A DNA stretch of 63,873 nt, the filler included, from Octopus bimaculoides (taxonomy: Eukaryota), in assembly GCF_001194135.2 (NCBI RefSeq). It is 5 parts of 5 records of this genome, joined end to end, with 100 filler letters (N's around TTAATTAATTAA, not from the genome) between each part and the next. Parts side by side here need not be neighbours in the genome. Positions count along the whole stretch, not along the records: positions 47,681 to 57,237 come from NC_068983.1; positions 57,338 to 63,873 come from NC_069010.1; 3 more parts are not named here. One strand, written 5' to 3'. The stretch's first letter is position 1. Each line of letters starts with the position of its first letter. The position numbers were made by a program, and so were the translations under genes. Positions 50,704-62,250 of the stretch are shown here, in pieces. The notes under the pieces were generated by a model. That model did not search any database and was not told the DNA's origin. It saw only the letters and a program-made list of their open reading frames with translations.

Positions 50704-51844
50704 ACATATATACATAAACATGCACACATGTATATACATACACATACGAGACCGACATTGTATTGCTTACGGACAAGATCACTTGTCTTGACAAAGAATG
50801 ACCGAAACCATTTACGGTACCTTAATTAAATCTGAGCATACATTCTAGAAATATGTAAACTGAGAAAATAAATATTTAAAAACACAAAAGAAAACTTTTA
50901 GAAGTGGTAAAATATAACATAAAAAAAAGATTAGAACAGAAAATCTGTGTTGGAAATTTGGTCTGTGGTAAAAGACAAAAAAAAAATTAAGGAGAGAGAT
51001 ATATGGAGATTAGGGTAATTGAATATGTTAGGTTAATATGTACTGTAAAACTGCGAATAATAGACTACATAAATAAGTATTAACTCTACAGTGAAGCAGA
51101 AGAAGAGGCATCAGCTGGTGAGTGGTGTTGGTTAAGCTTTTAAAGTGGTTGTTTAAAGAATCCATTGGAGGAGATTCGTGTCCGGCGCACGAACCTGTTA
51201 TCAAGGGACTCGTGCATCATAGTAATTAACGCATCGAATTAAATAACAAGAATGTTTTTGCCAGAAGAAGTTGTATGTATCTAGGTTATATTCATACACT
51301 AGAATAACAAAAGGAAATAACGAAATAAAAAAAAGGTACACATACAAAGGTAGACCTAAAAAAAAAACTACAAGAATGTGTTGGTCGAAATTGGAGGCGT
51401 AACACCTCTCATCATCATCATAATAAGTGTAATGAATAAAACTGAATTAAACTCTGTTTATATTGGAATGTTTAGAAGACAGGTACGCGCTAAATTGACA
51501 AAGGTTGGTTTAATTAGGAAATTAGCGCTTCTGAAAGAGATTTTCACCCAAACCAACTGTTAAGAAACCACTTCTAACCGTGGGTAGCAGCTACTTTTAC
51601 TAAAACTGGGTATTAAACAGAAATAATTTCCATGGGAGTGGCCGGTAAATGCTTTTTTTTCTGTGAATATCAAACGGAAGAGTTGGTAATAATTAAAAGA
51701 GTTGGACAGGAAAAGCGAAAAAGGAATAACCTGAGAGAAAAAAATGTTTTTAATACACCGAAGAGTGTTTTATATATATATTTATATTTATATATATATG
51801 TGTGTGTGTGTGTTTGTGTGTGTATCAAAATAAGCAACGAGGAT

Positions 51845-51893
<49 letters not shown>

Positions 51894-52426
51894 TACATAT
51901 ATATACACACATACATATATATATACACACATACATATATATACACACATACATATACATACTATTGTGTGCCTGCAAGAGAGAGAGAAAGAGAAAGAGA
52001 GATGGAGATGAAGAGGTTGTTGTCCCCTCAACTCGTCCCAAATATTTCAATCGATGGAAATATCCACCACTGTTTCTTATTCGTTTCTTTTTTAAAATTT
52101 TTTTGTACTGCTCTCAACAATATCTTAAACATTTTTGGCTAACATTTATTAATAATAATTGTTATTGATTGTAAAGAAAGCATTATTATTATTATTATTG
52201 TTATTATTGGGAGCCGATGACATCTATTTAATAGGTTTCCCTTAGAAATGCTGGCCTTGTGCTTAAACTAGAAACCATTCATTAACCCTCGTTGTTTTCG
52301 GTATCTGTATATACACACCTAATGCATGGATGTATAAGTGTGCCGATGCACCTACATACTACATCGATAACACAACATCAGGGTTTTATATGCAATATAT
52401 ATAATAAAAAGGGGCAGCACACTTAC

Positions 52427-52520
52427 CGGAGAGAGTGTCGGGTTCTAAACCCGAGTCGACGTCTAATCCACAGATGACAAAATAATCGGCAAACCTGTAA
52501 GAAGGTCCCTGTCCTGTCAT
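52427..52520 (-). CDS. DENND5: First coding exon of a DENN domain-containing protein 5 orthologue (start of uDENN)
   Basis: The minus strand reads ATG ACA GGA CAG GGA CCT TCT TAC AGG TTT GCC GAT TAT TTT GTC ATC TGT GGA TTA GAC GTC GAC TCG GGT TTA GAA CCC GAC ACT CTC TCC G|GTAAGT = [31 protein letters not shown]. This matches the recalled N-terminus of human DENND5A ([24 protein letters not shown]). The exon is 94 nt with a consensus phase-1 donor and A at -3 of the ATG. Confidence 0.93.
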
Positions 52521-53340
52521 GATCCTATTTTTTTCGAATGGAACAGCAGCCGCTTGCCTTGAAATAACGCAAGCAATACTTGTGCAAGCTGAACCTGAAA
52601 ATTCTTTACGATTGTTTGCAAGTCGGACTAAACGACATCAGTTTGTGGCACATATGTTGCTTCGGAGCAGGATCGAGTCAATGGTTTCACAAGGATCGAG
52701 TCGGTGGTTGTAGCAACGACTCGGTTCACAAGGACAGAAAACAATATACACACATATATATACACGCATATATATTGTGTTTATACATACACAATATGTT
52801 CCAGTCTCCGCCGATGCTTTTGCGTATTTAAGCAGAAATATGGTTGGAATGGGGAAAGAAAAAGCTTTGGGATCCGTTGACGTCACCTTGTTTTCTGAGA
52901 ATTCAAGAAGCCAACACCATCAAATGTTTCTTTTATTAGTGAGGCTTTCTTATTCTTTATCCTCTGTCTCCTATTCGGGTTGCCAACAGAAGATGACTGT
53001 AAATATGCCGACAGTTCTTGCATATAAAGTTCGCCTTATTTTAATAGATTGAGGAAGTCGTGACGGACGACGACCAACACTTCGCCGATGCCATTGTTAT
53101 CTGTTTTTCTTTATTATTGATTCTATTATTTGTTGTTCGGTTTGTTTCACGGCCGTCGAAAGACTCGTAAAAATGAATAAACCTAAATAATTCTAATCCA
53201 AAACTCCGTCCACTTTTCATCCAAACAACTTCTCCTTTCTCGGTTTCCCGTCCATTTCAATGATTTTCCTGGCCACCATAGTGTTAGCTCCTTGCCAACA
53301 GATGGCGCTGTCAAACATTTAACCAAGATCGCCACCTCTA
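52521..53340 (-). promoter_or_regulatory. Putative DENND5 5'UTR and promoter region
   Basis: Unique, CpG-richer sequence directly upstream of the ATG. Candidate UTR intron 52886-52595 (AAG|GTGACG donor, GAATTTTCAG|G acceptor) contains a TA/CA-rich stretch. A perfect CRE palindrome TGACGTCA lies at 52878-52885. Confidence 0.5.
53293..53310 (+). promoter_or_regulatory. CTCF-like / YY1-like motif TGCCAACAGATGGCGCTG
   Basis: Close match to the CTCF consensus CCASYAGRKGGCRS. It also contains the YY1-type core ATGGCG. A weaker opposite-strand AGAGGTGGCGA lies at about 53329-53340. Confidence 0.5.
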
Positions 53341-54137
53341 CCTTTCACTCACGCTATTTACACACCTTTTCCCTCCTTCCCTATTCATATAAGCTCTACT
53401 TCTCTCCTCTTCCTCTACATCTTATTTACATACTCTATTTCTCTTTACCTCTCTCTGTAGTTACACATACTCTATTTCTCTCTCTCTCTTCCCTCTCTAT
53501 TCACGCACTCTCTCTTTATTCTCCCTCTCCCTATTGACACTCTGTTTCTCTCCCTCCTTCTCTCTCTATCTCTTTATTCATACACACTATATCTCTCTCA
53601 TATACTCTCTTCCTACTCACACACATTCTATTGCTTTTTGTCCCCACTTTCGTTCTTTTCGCATCTACTCTACCTCTTATCCCTCTCTGTCTATTCACAT
53701 ACTATTTTTTTCACTCTCTATCTCTTTTTCTCCCAGTAGATACACAATCTATTTCTCTCTCTCTCTCTCTCTCTCCCATCGTTATTAAAACGCACTTTTT
53801 CTTCCCCCTCTCTCTCTCTCAAACCTTCTCCCTTCATCTTCACCAACCTAAACTACTTCACTCTGTTCTTTTTTCTCTTCTTCTTTCCCATCCTCACCTT
53901 TCTACTTAATCCGGTAATCTCAGCATAATTTTACAACTCTTTCTTTCACTCCCTCTTTTTCTCTCTTTTCATTTGCCCGTATATTTCTCCTGTCTCTCTT
54001 TCCCTCCTTTATTTTACCCCTTTTTTTCTCTCACTTTTCTTTCTTGCTGTTTCTTTTCAATTCTTCCTCTTTATTTTTCTTTCTCTTTTTTTTATTTTTA
54101 CTTTTCCGTCCTTATTTTTTGCCTTTATCACCTTCCG

Positions 54138-54178
<41 letters not shown>

Positions 54179-54590
54179 TATATATTCCCATCTTCTATAC
54201 CGTCTCTTCTCAGCTATTTCCCTCGCCTCTTTTTTCTACATCTCTTTCTCCATTTTCATTCCCCTATTCTCACTCTTCCTTCCATTCAATCACCATCTCC
54301 CTCTCTCCTTTTACCCTTCACTCTCTTTACCTCTCTTTTAATTCTCTTCTGCCATCGATTTTTATCCTCTTTTTATCTTTGCTTTTTTATTTTCTCCATC
54401 AGTCATCACTATGCTTTTCTCACTCTGTCTCTATCTCTATCCCTTTATATCTCGTCCCTCTCTTTCTTTCTCCTTTTCCTTTTTTTTCTCTTAATTCTAT
54501 TAGCTCCATCACCTTTCTTGTTGGATTTTACTCATTCTATCCTTCTTCTAAGCAATATCATTCATTCCCTCCTCAGTTTCAAAGACAATA
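53340..54590. repeat. ~1.2-kb CT-rich (polypyrimidine) low-complexity tract upstream of the DENND5 promoter
   Basis: Direct reading; degenerate (CT)n/(CTTT)n. Confidence 0.85.
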
Positions 54591-54595
54591 TATAC

Positions 54596-54965
54596 CATCA
54601 TCATCATCAATATCGCTTAACGTCTGTTTTCCATGCTGGCATGGGTTGGACGGTCTGACTGAGGACAGGCAAGCTGGGGAGCTGCACCAGGCTCCAGTCT
54701 GATCTGGCAAGGTTTCTACAGCTGGATGCCCTTCCTAATGCCAGCCACTCCAAGAGTGTAGTGGGTGCTTTTTACATGCCACCAGCACGGGAGCCAGTCA
54801 GACGGCACTTGCTTTGACCACGTTCAGATGGTGCTTTTTACGTGTTACCAGCACAGGGAGCCAGTCAGGAGGCCCTGGCATCGACCTACACCTGAATGGT
54901 GCTTATTATGTGCCACCAGTACAGGTGCCACACAGGCGGCACTGGCATCAGCCACAACTACAATT
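54596..54965 (-). mobile_element. Repeat family C copy with three internal 66-68-bp tandem units
   Basis: Reverse complement of 47740-47926. The GGTGCTT-starting units begin at 54764, 54830 and 54898. Confidence 0.85.
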
Positions 54966-54975
54966 TATATATATA

Positions 54976-55322
54976 GGAGTGGCTGTGTGGTAAGTAGCTT
55001 GCTTACCAACCACATGATCCCGGGTTCAGTCTCACTGTGTGACATCTTGGGCAAGTGTCTTCTACTATAGCCTCGGGCCGACCAAAGCCATGTGAGTGGA
55101 TTTGGTAGACGGAAACTGAAAGAAGCCCGTCGTATATATGTATGTATGTGTGTATGTGTTTGTGTGTCTGTGTTTGTCCCCCCAACATCGCTTGACAACG
55201 GATGGTGGTGTGTTTACGTCCCCGTAACTTAGCGGTTCGGCAAAAGAGACCGATAGAATAAGTACTAGGTTTCTAAAGAATAAGTCCTGGGGTCGATTTG
55301 CTCGACTAAAGGCGGTGCTCTA
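54976..55322 (+). mobile_element. SINE family B (tRNA head + CORE-like domain + internal microsatellite + tail), near full length
   Basis: A-box-like TGGCTGTGTGG at 54980-54990 and B-box-like GGTTCAGTCTC at 55023-55033. GTGACATCTTGGGCAAGTGTCTT resembles the MIR/CORE domain GTGACCTTGGGCAAGT.ACTT. Confidence 0.85.
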
Positions 55323-56265
55323 NNNNNNNNNNNNNNNNNNNNNNNNNNNNNNNNNNNNNNNNNNNNNNNNNNNNNNNNNNNNNNNNNNNNNNNNNNNNNN
55401 NNNNNNNNNNNNNNNNNNNNNNNNNNNNNNNNNNNNNNNNNNNNNNNNNNNNNNNNNNNNNNNNNNNNNNNNNNNNNNNNNNNNNNNNNNNNNNNNNNNN
55501 NNNNNNNNNNNNNNNNNNNNNNNNNNNNNNNNNNNNNNNNNNNNNNNNNNNNNNNNNNNNNNNNNNNNNNNNNNNNNNNNNNNNNNNNNNNNNNNNNNNN
55601 NNNNNNNNNNNNNNNNNNNNNNNNNNNNNNNNNNNNNNNNNNNNNNNNNNNNNNNNNNNNNNNNNNNNNNNNNNNNNNNNNNNNNNNNNNNNNNNNNNNN
55701 NNNNNNNNNNNNNNNNNNNNNNNNNNNNNNNNNNNNNNNNNNNNNNNNNNNNNNNNNNNNNNNNNNNNNNNNNNNNNNNNNNNNNNNNNNNNNNNNNNNN
55801 NNNNNNNNNNNNNNNNNNNNNNNNNNNNNNNNNNNNNNNNNNNNNNNNNNNNNNNNNNNNNNNNNNNNNNNNNNNNNNNNNNNNNNNNNNNNNNNNNNNN
55901 NNNNNNNNNNNNNNNNNNNNNNNNNNNNNNNNNNNNNNNNNNNNNNNNNNNNNNNNNNNNNNNNNNNNNNNNNNNNNNNNNNNNNNNNNNNNNNNNNNNN
56001 NNNNNNNNNNNNNNNNNNNNNNNNNNNNNNNNNNNNNNNNNNNNNNNNNNNNNNNNNNNNNNNNNNNNNNNNNNNNNNNNNNNNNNNNNNNNNNNNNNNN
56101 NNNNNNNNNNNNNNNNNNNNNNNNNNNNNNNNNNNNNNNNNNNNNNNNNNNNNNNNNNNNNNNNNNNNNNNNNNNNNNNNNNNNNNNNNNNNNNNNNNNN
56201 NNNNNNNNNNNNNNNNNNNNNNNNATATATATATATATATATATATAGGTGAGAAAGTTGGTATA

Positions 56266-56440
56266 TCATCATCATCATCATTTACGTCCGCTTTCCATGC
56301 TAGCATGGGTTGGACGATTTGACTGAAGACTAGTGAAACCAGATGGCTACACCAGGCTCCAATCTGATTTGGCAGAGTTTCTACAGCTGGATGCCCTTCC
56401 TAACGCCAACCACTCTGAGAGTGTAGTGGGTGCTTTTACG
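56266..56440 (-). mobile_element. Repeat family C 3' end
   Basis: (CAT)n then the reverse complement of 47740-47900. Confidence 0.85.
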
Positions 56441-57237
56441 ATGCAAATAATCTTATGGTTTGCAATACCAACTTCAGGAAACCCACCCGTCACCTAGTCA
56501 CCTATTGTTCTGGCAGACACACCAGGCAAATTGACTACATCCTTGCCAGAAAAAGGGAAACTGGGCTGCTTATAAATGCCAAAATCTTTCCAGGCAACGA
56601 ATGTACCCCTCAACATAGATTCGGGATCAGAGCTAAATGGATGCCCAGAAGACCAGCTTGGAGGAGAAGGGTCTGGAAGCTTAAAGATCCTGCAAATGGA
56701 CAGAGATTTACTCGAAGCCTTTGACGAAATAGAAGGGGATATAGCATCACATGATGTGGAAGACAACTGGAGGTTTCTACGGGACAACCTGCTGAGAGCC
56801 ACTGACCAGCTGCGTGGATGGTGCAAAGTCCCCTCTCAACCCAAAGTAATGTGGTGGTGGAACAATGTGGTTGATAGGGCTATTAGACAAAAGAAACAGG
56901 CTTGGAAGGACTGGAAGAAAGGAGGTAGCAGAGAATTGTATCAGACTGCTAGAAGGGAAGCTAGGAGACAGGTTTGCTTAGCCAGAGGGGAAGCAGATAA
57001 GAAAATATTTGCCAATGTTCTGTGCTGTGAGGACCAAAGACTTGAAGTATTTCGTGTTGCAAGACAGTGTGTGAGAGAGAATCGTGATGTCGTAGGAGAG
57101 AAATGTGTCCACATGGATGATGGTACACTTGCACTAAACAAGGCTGCAAAGAAAGAGGTATGGAGACGCCACTACGAAAGGTTGCTCAATAAAGAGAATG
57201 AATGGGAGAAAGAGAGTCTGCCATATGTCGACCCAAC
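56440..57237 (+). mobile_element. RTE-clade LINE ORF fragment (APE C-terminus + linker), frameshifted
   Basis: NLMVCNTNFRKPTRHLVTYCSGRHTRQIDYIL...QHR (APE), then after a frameshift near 56705 WWWNNVVDRAIRQKKQAWKDWK...WRRHYERLLN. These motifs are typical of RTE ORFs. Confidence 0.85.
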
Positions 57238-57605
57238 NNNNNNNNNNNNNNNNNNNNNNNNNNNNNNNNNNNNNNNNNNNNTTAATTAATTAANNNNNNN
57301 NNNNNNNNNNNNNNNNNNNNNNNNNNNNNNNNNNNNNTATATAAACATCTACACTCACAAGCAAATTTCAGAACAATTTATCAATCGGAGTCTGTGTCAG
57401 AAGCCTATTTACTCAAGGTGCTGAGCAGTGACGCTAAACGCAGGATTCGTTAATCTCCAAGAGAGTTTCTTAAATACTGGCAGCCCCGACGGAAACAATT
57501 TCGATGTAAAACAAATCACCCATCCCTTAGAACGCGTACAACCGTCATATGTGAATGGATATAGAATATTTCTTGTAATATTCATTGTATTATTGTCAGG
57601 CATTT

Positions 57606-57638
57606 AAGGTGGCGAGCTGGCAGAAACGTTAGCACGCC
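57606..57638 (+). mobile_element. Isolated SINE family A head
   Basis: AAGGTGGCGAGCTGGCAGAAACGTTAGCACGCC, then unrelated sequence. Confidence 0.65.
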
Positions 57639-58315
57639 TTGTACCAAAGTGTGAAAGGAGTATATATTTTGTTAATTTGGGCTGTTGGCTAAAGTAACGA
57701 AGTCTAATTACAGCAATCCTAAGGTTTGATCTTTTCGTGCTTTGACAATGTAGTCTTTTAAATAAATTAGTTTACTTAATGAATTCACTTTACAGGTAAC
57801 ACAAAACTCTAGTAACAGGCAAAATGCTAGAATCAANNNNNNNNNNNNNNNNNNNNNNNNNNNNNNNNNNNNNNNNNNNNNNNNNNNNNNNNNNNNNNNN
57901 NNNNNNNNNNNNNNNNNNNNNNNNNNNNNNNNNNNNACTTTTTCTTCGAACACTGGAAATCATATTCCAACCAATTTAATCCTAAATGATACCAATGTTA
58001 ATTTTTCTCTGAACTACTTCTAGAAAACATTATCGTAGAATAAATTACACCACTCATGTTATGTTATATTCCTCTAACACCGATTTTTAAATTTCTGTAG
58101 CATTTCGTAAGTACAATATAGTTTTTTTTATATATACCTAATATTTCTCAATACAAAATGTTTTTCTTNNNNNNNNNNNNNNNNNNNNNNNNNNNNNNNN
58201 NNNNNNNNNNNNNNNNNNNNNNNNNNNNNNNNNNNNNNNNNNNNNNNNNNNNNNNNNNNNNNNNNNNNNNNNNNNNNNNNNNNNNNNNNNNNNNNNNNNN
58301 NNNNTCATGCCCTGT

Positions 58316-58485
58316 TATGGTGATAGACATTAACACGCTGTGTGATTAAAAGGTGGACTCGTCGAATTCATATAAAGAGTCTCGTTGAAAGAGGAGTTGG
58401 AGTCTCGTGTGTTGCTAGTCGGAATTTATGTCTGTGNNNNNNNNNNNNNNNNNNNNCCTCGTTAAAATCATATATCCGCAACCAA
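58316..58485 (+). repeat. 5' LTR of the Gypsy element
   Basis: TATGGTGATAGACATTAACA...TGTGTGATTAAAAG matches the sequence after the PPT. Ends just before the PBS. Confidence 0.7.
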
Positions 58486-61400
58486 ATATGGCTACGAGAT
58501 ATTCGAAGCTTCCATAGAGCGTTCGAAATTTTGGTACGAAACCAAAGGAAAAATGGTAAACATGGAGTATTTGTTGTCCCACGTGGTGCAGTTGCAACAG
58601 CAATAGCAGCATCAACAACAACAACAACAAGAACAGTTCCTGGAATTAATGTTGAGGAAGTTTGAAAGTACATCAGGGGTATTTACGCCGGACGCCGTGA
58701 AAATCTTGATTGGAGAGATAGTTTTTAATCGACAAGGTATTATTTTATTTTCTCTGCATATTTTGGAAGATACATAGGAATCTTCAAAGAATATGTAGTT
58801 GCTGGATTGACAAGAAAAACGTGCGACAATTTTTAGGAATGTTATCCCTTGCCAAACAAGAAAATTATTGCAATTTATTTTTTACCGAAAACATCAGATG
58901 AGATTTGTTTCGATGAAACAATTAACATGTTATCTAAAGTTTACAATAAAAGACGTTCCATGTTCAGTTCTCGGTGGCAGTGTTTAAATTTGGTAAAAAT
59001 AGATGATGTCTCCAATGCTGAAGTTCTAAACAGANNNNNNNNNNNNNNNNNNNNNNNNNNNNNNNNNNNNNNNNNNNNNNNNNNNNNNNNGATTTTTTTT
59101 CAAGGGCTAATTCCAAGCAAAGATGTAGATATACGTTCCTGGATATTAAAACAAAAAATTAGAACAGGGTCAAAATGTAATTCTAGAGGCAGTTGCGGAA
59201 GAATCCCTCTAAAATTAGTATAAATTTAAGACATGACGCGGATAAAATTGAAGGAAAAGATTGCTCTCATATTCATACGTGTTGACCTGTAACGGATAAG
59301 AAGAAAGAGTGACAAATGTGAAGACCAATTCCATACTATGAGCACGGCAGCTTACATTTTAAATGTAACTGCCCTTTTAAAAATCTAAAATCTTTAGAGT
59401 GCGGAAAAAAATCGGACACAAAATCTCATTGTAGAGCAAAACAAAAAGAAAAAAAATTCTGGCAAGAAAGTATTGTCAGCAAAAAATCTAAGTGAGGTTC
59501 AGAAAATAAAATTTGTGTTCAGGAAAGTGAATAATGTGAATATTAAGTTACGATTGAATACGGGTAGTGATATCACGATAATTAGCGTAGATATGTAGAG
59601 AAAAATCAGAAAAGCTTGTTTGAAAGAAACTTCGAAAATTGCGTGTGATACTTAAAGAAAAAATCGCATTTTTAAAGTGATGTTAAATTTCGAGGAAAAT
59701 CCTTAAAAGCAATATTTTTTCTGTTGCATAATACGACAAATACATTTGGAACAACTGAATGGATTTATTTAACTTGTGGAACGTCTTTTTAATTTTGTTT
59801 TTATAAAAACGTGAACGGTTTTTCTGCCAGTACAAATAAGGCATTGGAGAATTAAAAAAATAATTAAAAAAGACTTTCCCAGAAGATTTTGCTCATGAAT
59901 TAAGTCTTTGCGCCAAAACAGAAGCGAAGTTTCAAGTAAAAGAAAACAATATATCGTTATTTAATCGAAAAAAGACTGTACCTTTCACAGCGTTGAAATA
60001 AGTCAACAAAGAATTGCATAGACTTGAAAAGCTGGAGTTATTGAAAAAATGATTATGCTGAATGGGAGTCCCCTACAGTTNNNNNNNNNNCTGGAGTTAT
60101 TGAAAAAATGATTATGCTGAATGGGAGTCCCCTACAGTTTATGTAAAGAAAAAAAATCAAATCCATGTACGTGCTGATTTATCAACAGGGTTAAATTAAT
60201 GTTTGGTGCCATATTTATTACCCGTTACCAGTTTCGGAGGAAATTCTCGTGAAGTTGAATGGAAGAAAATTCTATTTCAAAGTTTGACCTCTCTGAAGCA
60301 TACCTGCTGGTACAGGTTAATGAGGAATGCTCGAAATTACTAACGATAAATACCCATAAAAAATTGTATGAATTCAATNNNNNNNNNNNNNNNNNNNNNN
60401 NNNNNNNNNNNNNNNNNNNNNNNNNNNNNTTGATGAATCTTGTGGTGAGCATACTGAGCATGTTAACACGTCTTCGAAAAAAGAGAAGAAAATAGATTTC
60501 AGCTCGGCGAGGAAAAGTGTGAATTGTTTATACCAAAAATAAACTAAGGCAGATTATCGATGAAATTGGACGTAGAACAGACCCGTTAAGGGTGAGTGCA
60601 ATAAAATATGCCTCCTCCGTGAAACATTACAACGTTGCATGAATTCTGGGGGTTCGGAAATTGCTACCAGGTATACATACCGAATATGCACGATTTGAGA
60701 GCACCCTTGAATAACTTGTTAAAAAAAGACGCCAAGTGGAACTGGTCGGACAAGTGCCAAAGATCGTTTGAAAACCATTTAAAACATCTTAACGTTGGAA
60801 TTGTCATTATCACATTTTGACCCGAATTTAGAAATAGTAATAGCATCAGACGCTAGAAAAAGCGGTATCGAATCTGTGATTTTACACCAATATGAAGATA
60901 ATAGTTGAAAGCCGTAGCTTATGCTTCGCGTTCCTTATTGCNNNNNNNNNNNNNNNNNNNNNNNNNNNNNNNNNNNNNNNNNNNNNNNNNNNNNNNNNNN
61001 NNNNNNNNNNNNNNNNNNNNNNNNNNNNNNNNNNNNNNNNNNNNNNNNNNNNNNNNNNNNNNNNNNNNNNNNNNNNNNNNNNNNNNNNNNNNNNNNNNNN
61101 NNNNNNNNNNNNNNNNNNNNNNNNNNNNNNNNNNNNNNNNNNNNNNNNNNNNNNNNNNNNNNNNNNNNNNNNNNNNNNNNNNNNNNNNNNNNNNNNNNNN
61201 NNNNNNNNNNNNNNNNNNNNNNNNNNNNNNNNNNNNNNNNNNNNNNNNNNNNNNNNNNNNNNNNNNNNNNNNNNNNNNNNNNNNNNNNNNNNNNNNNNNN
61301 NNNNNNNNNNNNNNNNNNNNNNNNNNNNNNNNNNNNNNNNNNNNNNNNNNNNNNNNNNTATTCCCACACATACAGCCAACAGTTTGCAGTGTTTAGGAAT

Positions 61401-62195
61401 GATCATACTGAATTATGAGTGGGATATGCAGATGGTTTGTCGAGGTCAGTACCAAAATACAGTGAACCAGTAGAAGACGCAGTGATAGCGGCGCTAAACA
61501 TCCAAAAATGAAATATATATTATATTGTGCAACGTTGTGCGTGAATTGCCTGTCAGATCGGAGGAAATAGAAATGAAGGCTGAGACGGACGAATTTATCA
61601 TGAAAATGAATAAGTAGTGAGATGAGAAGAAACAAAAAACTACGTGTCGCTGGACGTAACACAGTTTAGAACTTGTACTTGATATAGGATAATGTGCTTA
61701 CGTGTGCACTGAACATCATGATGCCTGTCTCACTGAAAAATCGAATGTTATAGGAATTCCACACTGGACATCCAGGAATTTATAAGGTGAAGTCACTTAT
61801 GAGGAGTTATGCTTACTGGCCGAAAATGGATGAAGATTTTGAATGTAAAGAAATGGAAAAGAAGTTTGGGAAGACGACGAAATAATCAAACGGATCAGTA
61901 AAATGGCGTAGATGGTGAACAATTTGAAATGGGAACATAAAAGACACCAAAATCAGCTGAAAAGAAAGAGATACAAGGAAAGAAGTACTCAATGCAGTTC
62001 TCTACGATATCTTTGATGTGCAGACTTCGCATGAAATCGTCGTACAAGGAAAAGAAAACGTAAGGTACAGAATTGTTGGAAGTGGTCCCAAAATGAAAAA
62101 ATATTAAGCCTCCGAGAGAAGTAAATCTCTAAAAGGGAAAGGTGGTGTGAAAAGAATTATTCCCTTCCAGCGAAAGACAATCTCAAATGGGGAGA

Positions 62196-62250
62196 TGTGG
62201 TGATAGACATTAACAGACCTGTGTGATTAAAAGTGTATCTCGTAGAAATC
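62196..62250 (+). repeat. Truncated 3' LTR of the Gypsy element
   Basis: Begins TG right after the PPT and matches the first ~55 bp of the 5' LTR, after which similarity is lost. Confidence 0.75.

Larger units (their letters stand above)
1..52426 (-). other. Probable first coding intron of DENND5 (at least 52 kb, running off the window)
   Basis: Starts with GTAAGT at 52426. Manual reading found no downstream uDENN exon (expected GD..PL.R.YK.KVL.HYP..V.WNPFD-like). It could lie in an N gap or beyond position 1. Confidence 0.65.
58316..62250 (+). mobile_element. Decayed Ty3/Gypsy LTR retrotransposon
   Basis: Gag-like ICFDETINMLSKVY..RRSMFSSRWQCLNL / IFFQGL..KDVDIRS (58850-59160). Protease LNTGSDITII (active-site D to N, 59557). 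RT SKFDLSEAYLLVQVNEECSKLLTINTH. RNase H SHFDPNLEIVIASDA and AVAYASRSL. Integrase zinc finger EFHTGHPGI..KSLMRSYAYWPKMD (61754-61843). PBS TGGCTACGAG at 58489-58498 and PPT AAATGGGGAGA at 62185-62195. Many stops and frameshifts. Confidence 0.92.

Noticed and set aside
51092-51117. Plus-strand 26-nt microexon (EAEEEASA) with AG/GTGAGT flanks
   Set aside because: It has a weak pyrimidine tract, is antisense to DENND5, and has no companion exons.
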